Below, one piece after another: positions 1 through 12,700 of a stretch of 64,000 bases of DNA; within the stretch, counting starts at the first letter, position 1; the number at the start of each line of letters is the position of its first letter. The notes below the pieces were generated by a model. The model was not told the DNA's origin, made no database searches, and was given only the letters and a program-made list of their open reading frames with translations. A program made the position numbers and the translations under genes. Source of the DNA: Macrostomum lignano (lineage: Eukaryota); assembly GCA_002269645.1 (NCBI GenBank), contig NIVC01000980.1, positions 1 to 64,000 of the forward strand. The letters run 5' to 3'.

Positions 1-662
1 TATTTTAATTAATGCATGATGATTTTTGGGCCTATTTAATAATCTTTCTTTACTTAAGAAATGATATTATTATATGCAGTAGACTATGAATTAAATATAT
101 AACTAATGTACAAAATTGCTGAATGATAGTAGATTCATAATAAAAGAGTCTTTTTAGCTCATGAATAAAAAAGCATAATAGATTTGAAAAAAATAGAATA
201 CAAACTTATTTTTAAATTTTATTAAATAAAAAAACTATGTTTGAATAATAAATTTTGTAATTATAGACTTTTATAATTATATTATAATCTTTTTATCATT
301 GTTATTGTTACATTAAAAAAGTATTATATTATATTAATTTTCTTTTAATATACTACTTTTGTATTAAAATACAAATATGCTACATATTAGATATTAGCAG
401 TTATTAAATTAATAAAAAACTATCTATTCTAATATAAATATATGAAAAGGGATTTAAAACAATATTTACTATACTTACTCAGTCAACAATTCTTGAGGCC
501 TAGAAGTTCTATATCTAAGTTATGTGTTATTAGGTATTCCACTTTAATATATAAGTGCAAAAGCATTGCTATAAGGGGCTCACAAATATTTTCTATTTTT
601 ACTTTTTTATTCATGATTTAAAACAGTCGCTGCACTGCTCAGATCACCTACAGCCAACAGCC

Positions 663-1178
663 ATGCACGAATTGTGCATCAATGCATCCAGGAAACGGAA
701 GCTGCTCGGCCCAGCTGAATCTGTGCCAACTGATAATAATATCGCAGATTTTTTCCCCGGTCTAATCGCTTCGGCTAAGCGACAGCGGCTGCCATTGCAG
801 GACTGTCAGGAGCATAGCTGCCAGCTGCAGAGCCAGCACCACTTCCAGCACCAGCTCCAGCACCTGCAGCAGAAGGAATTGGCCAGTGCTAGTCAGCAGC
901 AGCACTCATCTGCCAGCACTGTGCCTAAGATATCTGACAGCGAGCTGGCCCAACCGTCCCCCGGCCTCATGTCGCCCCAGTGCCTGGCCCTGCTGCGCGA
1001 CTTCGATTTGAACTGGGAATACGGGCCCTGCGTCGGGGTCAGCCGGCTGCAGCGCTGGGAGCGAGCGGCCTGCCGTGGCCTGGCGCCTCCGCCAGCCGTC
1101 CGCAGTCTGGTGCTGGCCCACGCTACAGATCCGCTGTTCACCGAGTGCATCTGGCTCACCTATGCCGGACTGTCGTAG
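663..1178 (+). CDS. POLD4: DNA polymerase delta subunit 4 (p12)-like, single exon
   Basis: C-terminus LLRDFDLNWEYGPCVGVSRLQRWERA...GLAPPP matches the POLD4 domain signature. The N-terminus has basic RKRK and a PIP-box-like NNIADFF. First in-frame ATG is at 663 (the track ORF opens at an upstream non-ATG codon at 555); TAG at 1176-1178. Confidence 0.88.
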   Translation: MHELCINASRKRKLLGPAESVPTDNNIADFFPGLIASAKRQRLPLQDCQEHSCQLQSQHHFQHQLQHLQQKELASASQQQHSSASTVPKISDSELAQPSPGLMSPQCLALLRDFDLNWEYGPCVGVSRLQRWERAACRGLAPPPAVRSLVLAHATDPLFTECIWLTYAGLS

Positions 1179-2232
1179 ATTTTCTTGTGTATTATACGTG
1201 TATAAATTTTATGTACCGGGGTGGGGTCTGCGTCAAGGGGGGGGCATGTCTCGACCCTTCGCTAGGCTTTTGTGTCATGTCATTCATTGCGCAGCAGTTG
1301 TTGTCACCTCAAAAAGCAACAAAATAATCGCAAGCTATGGTCTTCAGACAATGAAAACTGCCATTATAAAAAGCTTGAAAGCACTAAATTAAGCAAATAG
1401 TTTGTTTACAACAGATCAACAGAAATATATAAAATTTTCTTGCAAAACAGAACACATAATCAACATCAAAGTAGTCATGATAATCATAATCAACATAATC
1501 AACATCAAAGTAGTCACCTATGTGATCATTGTAGCGAGTTCTCTGTATACGTGAACTCCGCCATAATGCATCGCGCTTGAAGTTTCCTGTTGGTCTGGCT
1601 GTCCTTTTGCTCAATTTCAGCAAGATCTGAAGCTGTGTGCGTCGCTTAGCATCCTATAAAATTGGAAAATTTTAAATCTTTTTAACCACCGTTTAAAGCA
1701 GAAATTAAAGATTTTAAAGATTGTTCTCAGGTTTTTCTCCTCTTCAAAACTTACCGTCACAGTTCATCTTCTTGGATTTCAAGTCGAGGTGCTTTGGCCT
1801 AACATGCTGTGGCAACTATATGTTGAGTGACTCTGGCAGTACCACAACGGCTGGTGTCAGATCTCTGCATGGCTGCAAGATAGCTCCTGGCAAGAAGGTA
1901 TAGTTTGTGCCATGGTGTGGTCGGACAGTCAGTTGCGCTTCAACTGCGACACAATCCAAGTAGGGTGGAGCCACTAGACTGTATTTTTTAACTTTTAGGT
2001 TGAAAAGCCGAACGTCAACTTGTCCAATTCGGAAGGTGAACGGCAGCATTGTCAAAATTCAACGTGGTTTTTGGCGTCTCATAAGTGCCGATGCATTCAA
2101 AAACTCTCACCTTGAAAGAGTGATTCCCTGCTGTTCGTACTTTTTGCAGGAGTCTAAGCACATGCACCAGGAAGAAAAACGACCTGATAGTTTCATTTGG
2201 ATCTAGCAGACACTGACATGTGCGCATAGCCC

Positions 2233-2775
2233 TTGCTCCAGTGTCCATTCGAGCTTCAGGCGCCTTATTCATGCACCTGCAAAGAACACAATGAGCACGC
2301 TTCACTGCTCCAGGATGCACTTAATACAGGGCCAGCAGCGCCAGTCAGCTCGTTGGCACGTTTCGCAGAAACTTATGACAGATTGCCTCGAGCTGATGGT
2401 GCAGCAGCGCAAGCAACTCCTTTGTACGCTTCATACTCTTTGAAAATGATGCATGTACGTCCTCACAAAAAACCATGGTCTCCATGTTCTTCCCTTGTCG
2501 CTGTTGTCGATTCAATTCTCGCTGAAATGTGCAATGTGCAGCCTCCCACGTCAATGAGATTCTTGAGCTCAGGCGCTTGCTCTGAGGCATTGGACGACGC
2601 CCGAAAAGCTGCCGCGCATGACGTTACAGTTACGGAAGCAATTCCACTTGCGAAAACGTCAGATCATGAGAAAGTACACATTGACGAATTGTGTTGGCGC
2701 AACTTTCTCCATCCAAGCAATGCGCATCAACCTCTGGGTGATACGTGTATGATGACATCTCCAATTTGGGATTAA
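2233..2775 (+). other. Uncharacterised 180-aa ORF, possibly a degenerate gene or transposon fragment
   Basis: Open frame in a moderate-GC island (~1540-2780) within AT-rich DNA; no recognisable motif and no ATG start. Confidence 0.2.
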
Positions 2776-4616
2776 TACCTCGGTGATGGACCAGTTTTGA
2801 CAATGGGGAAACTACCAGAGCTGTCCATTATTTAAGTTACTAAGTAAAAATAATCTGACTCACTGACACAGATTGCCAGAGTCCAGTTGCCGTGACTCAT
2901 GCTGAATGAAGAATCAGCCCATGCGCTCATTATCTCTTTAATAATTAACAAGGCATTTTTGGCGCAGCGACATGTGAAATTGAATGAGCGTGCGATAGTA
3001 GAGTTTTACTACTACTATGAAGTAGTAACTATTCAATACAACACGATTTATAGATATATGGGTGAGATGGTATTATTATTAAGCAGTGCTAAGTAATAAG
3101 TTAATTTAATATTCGAATTTATTGTGCAGCTAAGTATATGGGAACCAAATTTTGTGAGTTTTTGCTAGCTTTTGTTAAATAAAATGCAGCTAAAACTTCA
3201 ATTAAACGTTTGTTGTGAAATGGCTGTTTGAATACTATTTGTTATCGTATTGTTTTGTTTATCTATGTCGATAAAGTTTTTCTTTTGGGCGTTCTTTGAT
3301 ATGTTAGCCGAACTTTTTAAAGTTTTTTTTTCAATGCTCACTTCTTTGATAGCTCGGTAGCACTACAGCACTACTGACATCAGTAGTATATGCAATATTC
3401 TTAATAAAGGTCCTGAAAAGAAAATTTTTATCAACGACAAATTTTGAATTTTTAGCCCACGGACTTCAAGTTACAGTCAGTGAAAGGGCTTGAAAATGAT
3501 CCAAAAAATAGTTTTTGTTTATTTACGATTTGTTTTATGTTTTGTTTTTTTCCAGCTTTTTTACTCAAGCGCCGGTTTTTTAAAGGGAAGGTGCGGATGC
3601 TAATGCGAGCTAGCAGCAATTGCTTGTGTTTACTGTTGTGTTTATATTTTACTGTTAAAAATAAAAAAAATAGCACAATTGTTGTGTCAAGCAGCCCGAT
3701 GTGTTTACTTGAAGCAAATGTACACCGAGTGTTGTTACAATTGTACATATCTGTATCTTAGAGCAACAAATGTATTCGTCGCCACTGTGTGTTTCATTTC
3801 TTTTGTTTTTAATTTAAGTTACGTATATTTGGGGAAAAGATTTAGTGATTAAATTTTTTATAGGAAACAAACAAATAGTCAAATAATCCTATGGATACTA
3901 CTTACGGCTTTTTTCGTTAAAGCCCTAAAATTTCTGCCACCTCTTTATTAACCAATTTTTGGCCTAATGCATCATTTGCAGAATTTATTTCTGAAGTTTT
4001 CATGTTACATGCAAATCCATCCAACTTCATTTTGTAGTCTGTTGTAATAATTATACCAGTGTTCTCATATAGTAAATAAATCGTTTCTATGCCTACACAC
4101 TGACACGGCATTCGTATCCACGTTTAATTAATACTGTTGCTTTCGTGTCGCCTTCTAAGTATTTTCTAAGCGGATGTTTAAACGTAGTTTAAAAATCGGA
4201 CGAAATAAAAAATGGGAGAAATCTAAAACTGGTACTGGATGCCTTCACTCAAACCCTTATCTATGCTCAAACCTGGGAAAGTAATGCGTTTCTCCTTTGT
4301 TGTAGAAATTCCAAGTCAAAACCTAAGATGATCTTAACAGGAGAAAATATAATATAGAGATTAAACAGACAAAATGTTTCAAGCAGTGCAGTGCTGAGAG
4401 CTGTTCCATTTAGAGAGAAAATACATCGGATGCTACTTACCGATATGTTGTGTAAGAAATATAATAGACCAGATACGAGCGTAATTGGCTAGTGTTTAGT
4501 TAACGTTGAAATAAGGGAGAATAGGTTAAAAGTAATTGATTTAATTTAAAAAAAAACTATTTACCGGAAATTGAAGCATTTCGGATGTCGAGAAAAAACT
4601 CGCAACAAAAAATTTC

Positions 4617-4696
4617 TGGCAGCGGTGGGATTCGAACCCACGCCCTTTCGGACTGGTGCCTTAAACCAGCGCCTTAGACCGCTCGGCCACGCTACC
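4617..4696 (-). tRNA. tRNA-Leu (anticodon AAG)
   Basis: Reverse complement GGTAGCGTGGCCGAGCGGTCTAAGGCGCTGGTTTAAGGCACCAGTCCGAAAGGGCGTGGGTTCGAATCCCACCGCTGCCA: cloverleaf, CTGGT/ACCAG anticodon stem, long variable arm, intact A and B boxes, oligo-T terminator immediately downstream. Confidence 0.96.
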
Positions 4697-5160
4697 TTAT
4701 TATCATATGGATCACAACAGCTAGATAAACCTGCATGGAATAGTTTCTAGAAGTGAAATCTAGAAGCGTGTCTGCGTGATCACTATGGCGCTTCTACGTT
4801 GAAGGATTTTTGTAGCATGCTACTCGGTCAACGAAAGAGGAAAGCCATGGAGCCTTTGTATAATAAATAATACAATGAGAGCCGAGTTGCACTGGATACT
4901 TCAACGAAGGTGAGTACCCGTGACGGGAAGGGTAGTGGATTGCATCATGCAGAATCTGTTCCATCTAGCATTGAAGAGAAACTCTGGTCTGAAGATGTGC
5001 TTGCATGCATGGTACTGATAGTGGTGAGGTCCGTGATTTGGGGTGTCGGTGTGGAGTTTTGCGGAAAGCCAACCGCGTGATTGTCTACTAAATTTGATTG
5101 AGCTTATCTGTTACACTTACGACCCATTCATTGACTCACTTTCAACTTTTTGAGCAAAAA

Positions 5161-5663
5161 ATGTTTCCTACATCGGACCATAGACTAATTTGGCCGGACC
5201 AAATAGATGTTTCCTACATCGGACCATAGACTAATTTGGCCGGACCAAATAGATGTTTCCTACATCGGACCATAGACTAATTTGGCCGGGCCAAATAGAT
5301 GTTTCCTACATCGGACCATAGACTAATTTGGCCGGACCAAATAGATGTTTCCTACATCGGACCATAGACTAATTTGGCCGGACCAAATAGATGTTTCCTA
5401 CATCGGACCATAGACTAATTTGGCCAGGCCAAATAGATGTTTCCTACATCGTACCAAAGACTAATTTGGCCGGACCAAATAGATGTTTCCTACATCGGAC
5501 CATAGACTAATTTGGCCGGACCAAATAGATGTTTCCTACATCGGACCATAGACTAATTTGGCCGGACCAAATAGATGTTTCCTACATCGGACCATAGACT
5601 AATTTGGCCGGGCCAAATAGATGTTTCCTACATCGGACCATAGACTAATTTGGCCGGGCCAAA
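5161..5663. repeat. 46-bp tandem repeat, ~11 copies
   Basis: Unit ATGTTTCCTACATCGGACCATAGACTAATTTGGCCGGACCAAATAG; contains the inverted repeat TTTGG..CCAAA. Confidence 0.95.
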
Positions 5664-6490
5664 AGGGGTATAAAGATTCTTAGTGGTCCTAAATTCACAG
5701 ACACTTACGAGAAGGGCGATGAAATTTTGGTTAGACGTAGCTGTCACGGCATCTGTACTCTGTAAAATTGAAAGTAAACCAAGACGTTGCCGAAATGAAA
5801 CCATGCTTCTATGTAATAATAATATATTATAGTAGTGTTAATAATAATAATGTCATAGAATCTTAGTAATAAAGTCGGGTATATTTTATTTGAGAGATCA
5901 CTAAACAATCCTATCTGTAATTTTTCAATTTCCAAAAAGTTCTTGTCAAAAGACACAATACATTCAACAGCTAAATAAAAGAAAAAGCTTAGAAAAAAGC
6001 GGTCCACAAGAGTTCTGGGCCTCCAAGACAAGACTCAAGAGCTGTTAAGAGAGAAAAAATCATTTGAGCACACAACCTAATTGGGCGGATTTGTATCTGT
6101 TTAAAGTAACTGTCATTAGAAGTAGACAAAATCTAACGCTGGAAGACATGGAGATTACAATCAGAGCATAACAAATGTGCACCAATAAAATTTGTGTTCA
6201 CAAAAAGAAAACTGTAGCGCGGAAGACAATGCAATTCAATAGTAGAAGGGTTTGAGTAAACAGAAATTGTGTAAATGAAAAATAAATAGCCATTGAGTAT
6301 TATTTAACTACTTGTAGTAGTACGAATGAGGCAAGACAAGAAATTTACCCACACGTCGAAAAAAGATTAACAAGCAGATGAATTAAAAATTATCATAATT
6401 GAAGCGGCACACAGTGTAACAAAGCGTCTTATATTTCGTATATGAATAAAATAATGAGATAATGAGTGCTTAAGAGGACCTTCTGTGCTG

Positions 6491-6663
6491 GTGAGAGGAC
6501 CCTGGTAGTGTTTAAGATGGTCCTGACTGAGTGAGAGGACCCTGGTAGTGTTTAAGATGGTCCTGACTGAGTGAGAGGACCCTGGTAGTGTTTAAGATGG
6601 TCCTGACTGAGTGAGAGGACCCTGGTAGTGTTTAAGATGGTCCTGACTGAGTGAGAGGACCCT
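6491..6663. repeat. 40-bp tandem repeat, ~4 copies, just 3' of the NAGPA-like stop
   Basis: Unit GTGAGAGGACCCTGGTAGTGTTTAAGATGGTCCTGACTGA. Confidence 0.95.
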
Positions 6664-6724
6664 AGCAGAGCTTAGGACGGTTTAGGTCCCCAACATGCTT
6701 AGGTAACGCAGGCCCCAGACCAGG

Positions 6725-9700
6725 TCACATGACGGCCTCTGGGTCAGAGTCGGACTCCCGGCCCGATGGCAGCAGCCGCAATGGCTGGTAGCGCGACTTG
6801 CCAGCCTTCTCGCGTCGGCGACGTCGGCAGCGCATGCGGCAGCACTGGACAAGCAGGCAGAGGTTCAGCAGCAGGCTCAGCGACAGCACGGCTGTCAGGC
6901 CGACTAGGGCGACGTTGATGCTGCCGAGATTGCGCAGGCGCTGTTGAATTGACCGGAGCAGGCTGCTCTCTGATTGGCCAGGGTGGTGGGGTGAACGAAC
7001 TTTTGTTTGACAAATAAATCAGACGATTTTAAAGATCTAAATTAGCAACGGAACATCAAAGGTCAAATTTGGCGCCGGAACATCAAAGGTCAAATTTGGC
7101 GCCGGAACATCAAAGGTCAAGTTTGACACCGGAACATCAAAGGTCAAATTTGGCGCCAGAACATCAAAGGTCGAGTTAGACACCGGAACATCAAATGTCC
7201 CATTTGGCGCCGGAACATCAAAGGTTCAATTTGGTTGCCAAAAAATAGTTAGCGCTAGAATCCATAAGGTATCTATTTTTCAGAGGCTATTTTAAATTAT
7301 CTAGATACAAAATATCTATTTACGTTTTAATATTTGGCCATAGGGAGACTTCACAAAGCGAGTAACTGAGTACACAAAAGTTGAGTCACTATTAAAACAA
7401 ATAACGAGTACATCACATGCATTCGAACAGGCGGGCACTCGCAGTCTGCGAGTGAAAAGATCGCAAAGAGAGACAGACGATTTAAACATTTGCAGAGTAG
7501 ATAGTGAGTGCAGACCAAACAGGGGAAAAACAGGGGGGTCTTACCGGGCTAGGAATTTGCGCTTGTTTTACTTTTGCAACTATTGCAGAGCTGTCGTATA
7601 ACATTAGACTGAAATACTGACAGTTGATGGACAGACAGACGCAAAGAGACAATGTGAGCTAAGCAAGGGAGAATGAGTCAGTAAGAAAGACAATGAGAGT
7701 CAGTCACAGGGAGAGAAATGAGAATCAGAGAGAGAACAAGAGTCAGTCACAGAGAGAGAATGAGAGTCAGTCACAGAGAGAGAATGAGAGTCAGTCACAG
7801 AGAGAATGAGAGTCAGTCACAGAGAGAATGAGAGTCAGTCACAGAGAGAATGAGAGTCAGTCACAGAGAGAATGAGAGTCAGTCACAGAAAGAATGAGAG
7901 TCAGTCACAGAGAGAGAATGAGAGTCAGTCACAGAGAGAGAATGAGAGTCAGTCACAGAGAGAATGAGAGTCAGTCACAGAGAGAATGAGAGTCAGTCAC
8001 AGAGAGAATGAGAGTCAGTCACAGAGAGAGAATGAGAGTCAGTCACAGAGAGAATGAGAGTCAATCACAGAGAGAGAATGAGAGTCAGTCACAGAGAGAG
8101 AATGAGAGTCACTCACAGAGAGAATGAGAGTCAGTCACAGAGAGAGAATGAGAGTCAGTCACAGAGAGAATGAGAGTCAGTCACAGAGAGAGAATGAGAG
8201 TCAGCCAGAGAGAGAATGAGAGTCAGTCACAGAGAGAATGAGAGTCAGTCACAGAGAGAGAATGAGAGTCAGTCACAGAGAGAGAATGAGAGTCAGTCAC
8301 AGACAGAATGAGAGTCAGTCACAGAGAGAGAATGAGAGTCAGTCACAGAGAGAATGAGATTCAGTCACACAGAGAGAATGAGAGTCAGTCACAGAGAAAG
8401 AATGAGAGTCAGTCACAGAGAGAATGAGAGTCAGTCACAGAGAGAGAATGAGAGTCAGCCAGAGAGAGAATGAGAGTCAGTCACAGAAAGAATGAGAGTC
8501 AGCCAGAGAGAGAATGAGAGTCAGCTTATTCTCACATAGAGAATAAGAATCAGACGCGGAGAATCAGACATGGAAAATCAGACAGGGAGAGTCAGACACG
8601 GAGAATCAGACAGGGAGAGTCAGACACGGAGAATCAGACACGGAGAGTCAGACAGGGAGAGTCAGACACGGAGAATCAGACACGGAGAATCAGACAGGGA
8701 GAATCAGACAGGGAGAGTCAGACACAGAGAATCAGACAGGGAGAGTCAGACACGGAGAGTCAGACGCGGAGAATCAGACACTGAGAGTCAGACACGGAGA
8801 ATCAGACAGGGAGAGTCAGACAGGGAGAGTCAGACACGGAGAGTCAGACACGGAGAATCAGACACGGAGAGTCAGACAGGGAGAGTCAGACACGGATAAT
8901 CAGACAGGGAGAGTCAGACACAAAAAATCAGACAGGGAGAGTCAGACACGGAGAGTCAGACACGAAAAATCAGACAGGGAGAGTCAGACACGGAGAGTCA
9001 GACACGGAGAATCAGACAGGGATAGTCAGACACGGAGAGTCAGACACGGAGAATCAGACAGGGAGAGTCAGACAGGGAGAGTCAGACACGGAGAATCAGA
9101 CAGGGAGAGTCAGACACGAAAAATCAGACAGGGAGAGTCAGACACGGAGAGTCAGACACGAAAAATCAGACAGGGAGAGTCAGACACGGAGAGTCAGACA
9201 CGGAGAATCAGACAGGGATAGTCAGACACGGAGAGTCAGACACGGAGAATCAGACAGGGAGAGTCAGACAGGGAGAGTCAGACACGGATAATCAGACAGG
9301 GAGAGTCAGACACGAAAAATCAGACAGGGAGAGTCAGACACGGAGAGTCAGACACGGAGAGTCAGACACGAAAAATCAGACAGGGAGAGTCAGACACGAA
9401 AAATCAGACGGAGAGTCAGACACGGAGAGTCAGACACGGAGAATCAGACAGGGAGAGTCAGACACAGAGAGTCAGACAGGGAGAGTCAGACACGGAGAGT
9501 CAGACACGGAGAGTCAGACACGGAGAGTCAGACACGGAGAATCAGCTCACCATTCTTGGCCAGGTCGGAGACGCCGGCGCAGGTGCCATTGGCGGGATTG
9601 CAGGCCACGGACTCGCCGCCGCCGCAGACGCAGACCCTGGCGCAGTCCTGGCCGTAGAAGCCGGCCGGACAGGGCAGCTCGCACAGCGAGCCGGTGAACC

Positions 9701-12700
9701 CCGGCCGGCACCGACAGGCCTCGCTGTCCGGCTGCTGGCAGACGCCGCCGTTGAGGCACAGACAACGCCGCCTGGCGCATCCGGGACCTTCAAAATACGG
9801 CCGACAGACGCAGCGGCCGCTAGAGTCGCAGCGACCGCCGATTTCGCTGCACGCCGCGCCGTCGGAGTCGCGGCAGGCGACGGCCAGATCGACAATTTTA
9901 TCAGCACCACCGGAGCCGGCGGCGGGGGTAGCAGCGGCGTCAGCAAGGCGCGACGACGACGGAGTTGGCAACTGCTGCTGGCGTCGGCTGATGCACAGGA
10001 CGGCGGCAGCCGGGCGAAGACAGGCAAACTGAGGCGAAGAGGAGCCGCCGCCGCCGCTGTCAAAGCAGAAGATTTAGAAGTAATAGAGTCTCCAGCCTTT
10101 CAGACTGTCAACGATAGAAGATAGAAAATATTCAACGATTCTACCAGAAGGTGCCGATTTTTACCCCATAAGCGCTAAGTGCATCCAGTGCGCTTGACCG
10201 CTTTCAAGCTTTCAAGAGACCCCACAGTTGCTAGGCATTTAATGTCACTAACCAGACAGCAGTCGGGCTGCCAATCAGAGTGCCGTTGACCATCAGGCCT
10301 GCAGCGTCTCCGGTTTCAAGGCTGACCGCATGTTCCATGCCCAGACGGAGCAGCAGGTCCGCGAAGTCGCTTAGCGATAAACTGAAATTGGTTTGCAAAG
10401 ACTCGTGTACATAGATTTAGACACGATTCTCATGGTGAGATTTAGTCACGATTCTCATGGTGAGATTTAGTCACGATTCTCATGGTGAGATTTAGTCACG
10501 ATTCTCATGGTGAGATTTAGTCACGATTCTCATGGTGAGATTTAGTCACGATTCTCATATGGTGAGATTTAGACACGATTCTCATTAGGTGAGATTTAGA
10601 CACGATTCTCACGGTGAGATTTAGTCACGATTCTCATTAGGTGAGATTTAGACACGATTCTCATTAGGTGAGATTCAGACACGATTCTCATATGGTGAGA
10701 TTTAGACACGATTCTCATTAGGTGAGATTTAGACACGATTCTCATTAGGTGAGATTTAGACACGATTCTCAATAGGTGAGATTTAGTCACGATTCGCATT
10801 AGGTGAGATTTAGACACGATTCTCATGGTGAGATTTAGTCACGATTCGCATTAGGTGAGATTTAGACACGATTCTCAATAGGTGAGATTTAGACACGATT
10901 CTCATATGGTGAGATTTAGACACGATTCTCATTAGGTGAGATTTAGACACGATTCTCATTAGGTGAGATTTAGACACGATTCTCAATAGGTGAGATTTAG
11001 TCACGATTCTCATTAGGTGAGATTTAGACACGATTCTCATTAGGTGAGATTTAGTCACGATTCGCATTAGGTGAGATTTAGACTCGATTCTCATTAGGTG
11101 AGATTTAGACACGATTCTCATTAGGTGAGATTTAGACACGATTCTCATTAGGTGAGATTTAGACACAATTCTCATGGTGAGATTTAGACACGATTCTCAA
11201 AGTAATTTTTTTAAAAATTATAAAAGAACATAGCAACACACCCGGCCAAGCCAGGCCTGCCGACAATGTGCACCAGGGAAAGCTCGCCAGCTCGATTCCG
11301 ACCAATCGCCGAGCGAGATGAAGGCGCTTTTGCGGCGGCGGCCGCTGCAGCCGCTTCTCCATCATCGGGGTGGCCCGCTGAGCGAGAGCAAGCCTCTAGG
11401 CGAAGACTGGCAGATGCAAACTGGAGGCAGAAGTAAAACAAATCAATTTAAATAGCTACTCAAAATGTACATTGGCTATATAATGTAAATAACTGTATTC
11501 GAACTCACATTTTTGCCATCCCGAACAAGCCAGCCCTGACCGCCAATTAGCTGTTTGAATCGGTTCAATTCTGTCGGTTTTGAGTCCGGGTATCTGCGCG
11601 ATTAGGGAGTATTGCGTAATCAGTTGAGACCATGCTTGGGCGCAACCTAGGGATTCACCCGGCCGTTTCTATTGGCAACACACACATGTAAGTCGCTATT
11701 GGACGGAATAGTAGTCACGACTGCTCTCAGCCAATAGCGACTTACATGTGTGTGTTGCCAATAGAAACGGCCGGGTGATTCCCAAGGTTGCGCACTTGAG
11801 ACACTTGGATATCCGTTACCAGAGTTGGCAGAGATTATGACACAAAAAACCTAGCTGCTAGATATTGGTTGAGTCTGGGTTTTATCTGATATCAATTTTC
11901 TGAAGCTTCAAGTTATCGATTGTCCTAAGGGGGGTGCTTTTAGATTAGAGGCAGGGGGCTGTGTGCCGGACTTTCAGCGACTTTGTCACAACCGGCGAGG
12001 GCATTACTGCCGATTCCACCGACTCCCCTGAGCTGAAACCCTATCGATTCAGGGTGTTAGGAATCGATAAAGGCTGTTAGATTTCGATTGAGGATGTTGG
12101 ATATTGATTTAGGATGTTAGATAACGACTGAGGGTGCTAGATATTGATTGGGGTGTCAGACATCGATTAAGGGTGTTAGACGTCGATTAAGAGGTGTTAG
12201 ACATCGATTAAGGGGTGTTAGACATCGATTAAGGGCGTTAGACATCGATTAAGGGGTGTTAGACATCGATTAAGGGCGTTAGACATCGATTAAGGGGTGT
12301 TAGACATCGATCAAGGGGCGTTAGACATCGATCAAGGGGTGTTAAATATCGATTTAAGGGTGTTAGACATCGATTAAGGGGTGTTAAATATCGATTAAGG
12401 GATGTTAGATATTGATTAAGGGTGCTGCCACCATCAGCCGGCATATGCTGCCAAACAACTATACTAACCCGAAGAAGACTTCGCCAGCTTCGGTGACGCC
12501 GAAGTGCGCAGAGACCCGGCCGTGTTCAGCCGACCCGGACAGCAGCTGCCGGCCATCGCTCACCAGCTGGCCAAGGCAGCCGCCAGCCCCGGCCGCCGAA
12601 GCCGGCAGCACAGCTTCGCAGTTGTGAGCGGCGGCCAGGCCAGCCAGTCTGCTGGCAGCCTGAGGCTCCGGCGGCATCGAGTCGAAACTGTCGCCACAGC

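Noticed and set aside
6744-7013. Track ORF MSNKSSF... as the last NAGPA exon
   Set aside because: Wrong frame; the phase-matched frame (6999-6725) encodes the TM helix and YQPL signal.
7545-7610. Possible extra NAGPA exon ending in CCCG|GTAAG
   Set aside because: No acceptor choice gave a stop-free, phase-compatible join to the last exon; the direct 9551-to-6999 splice works.
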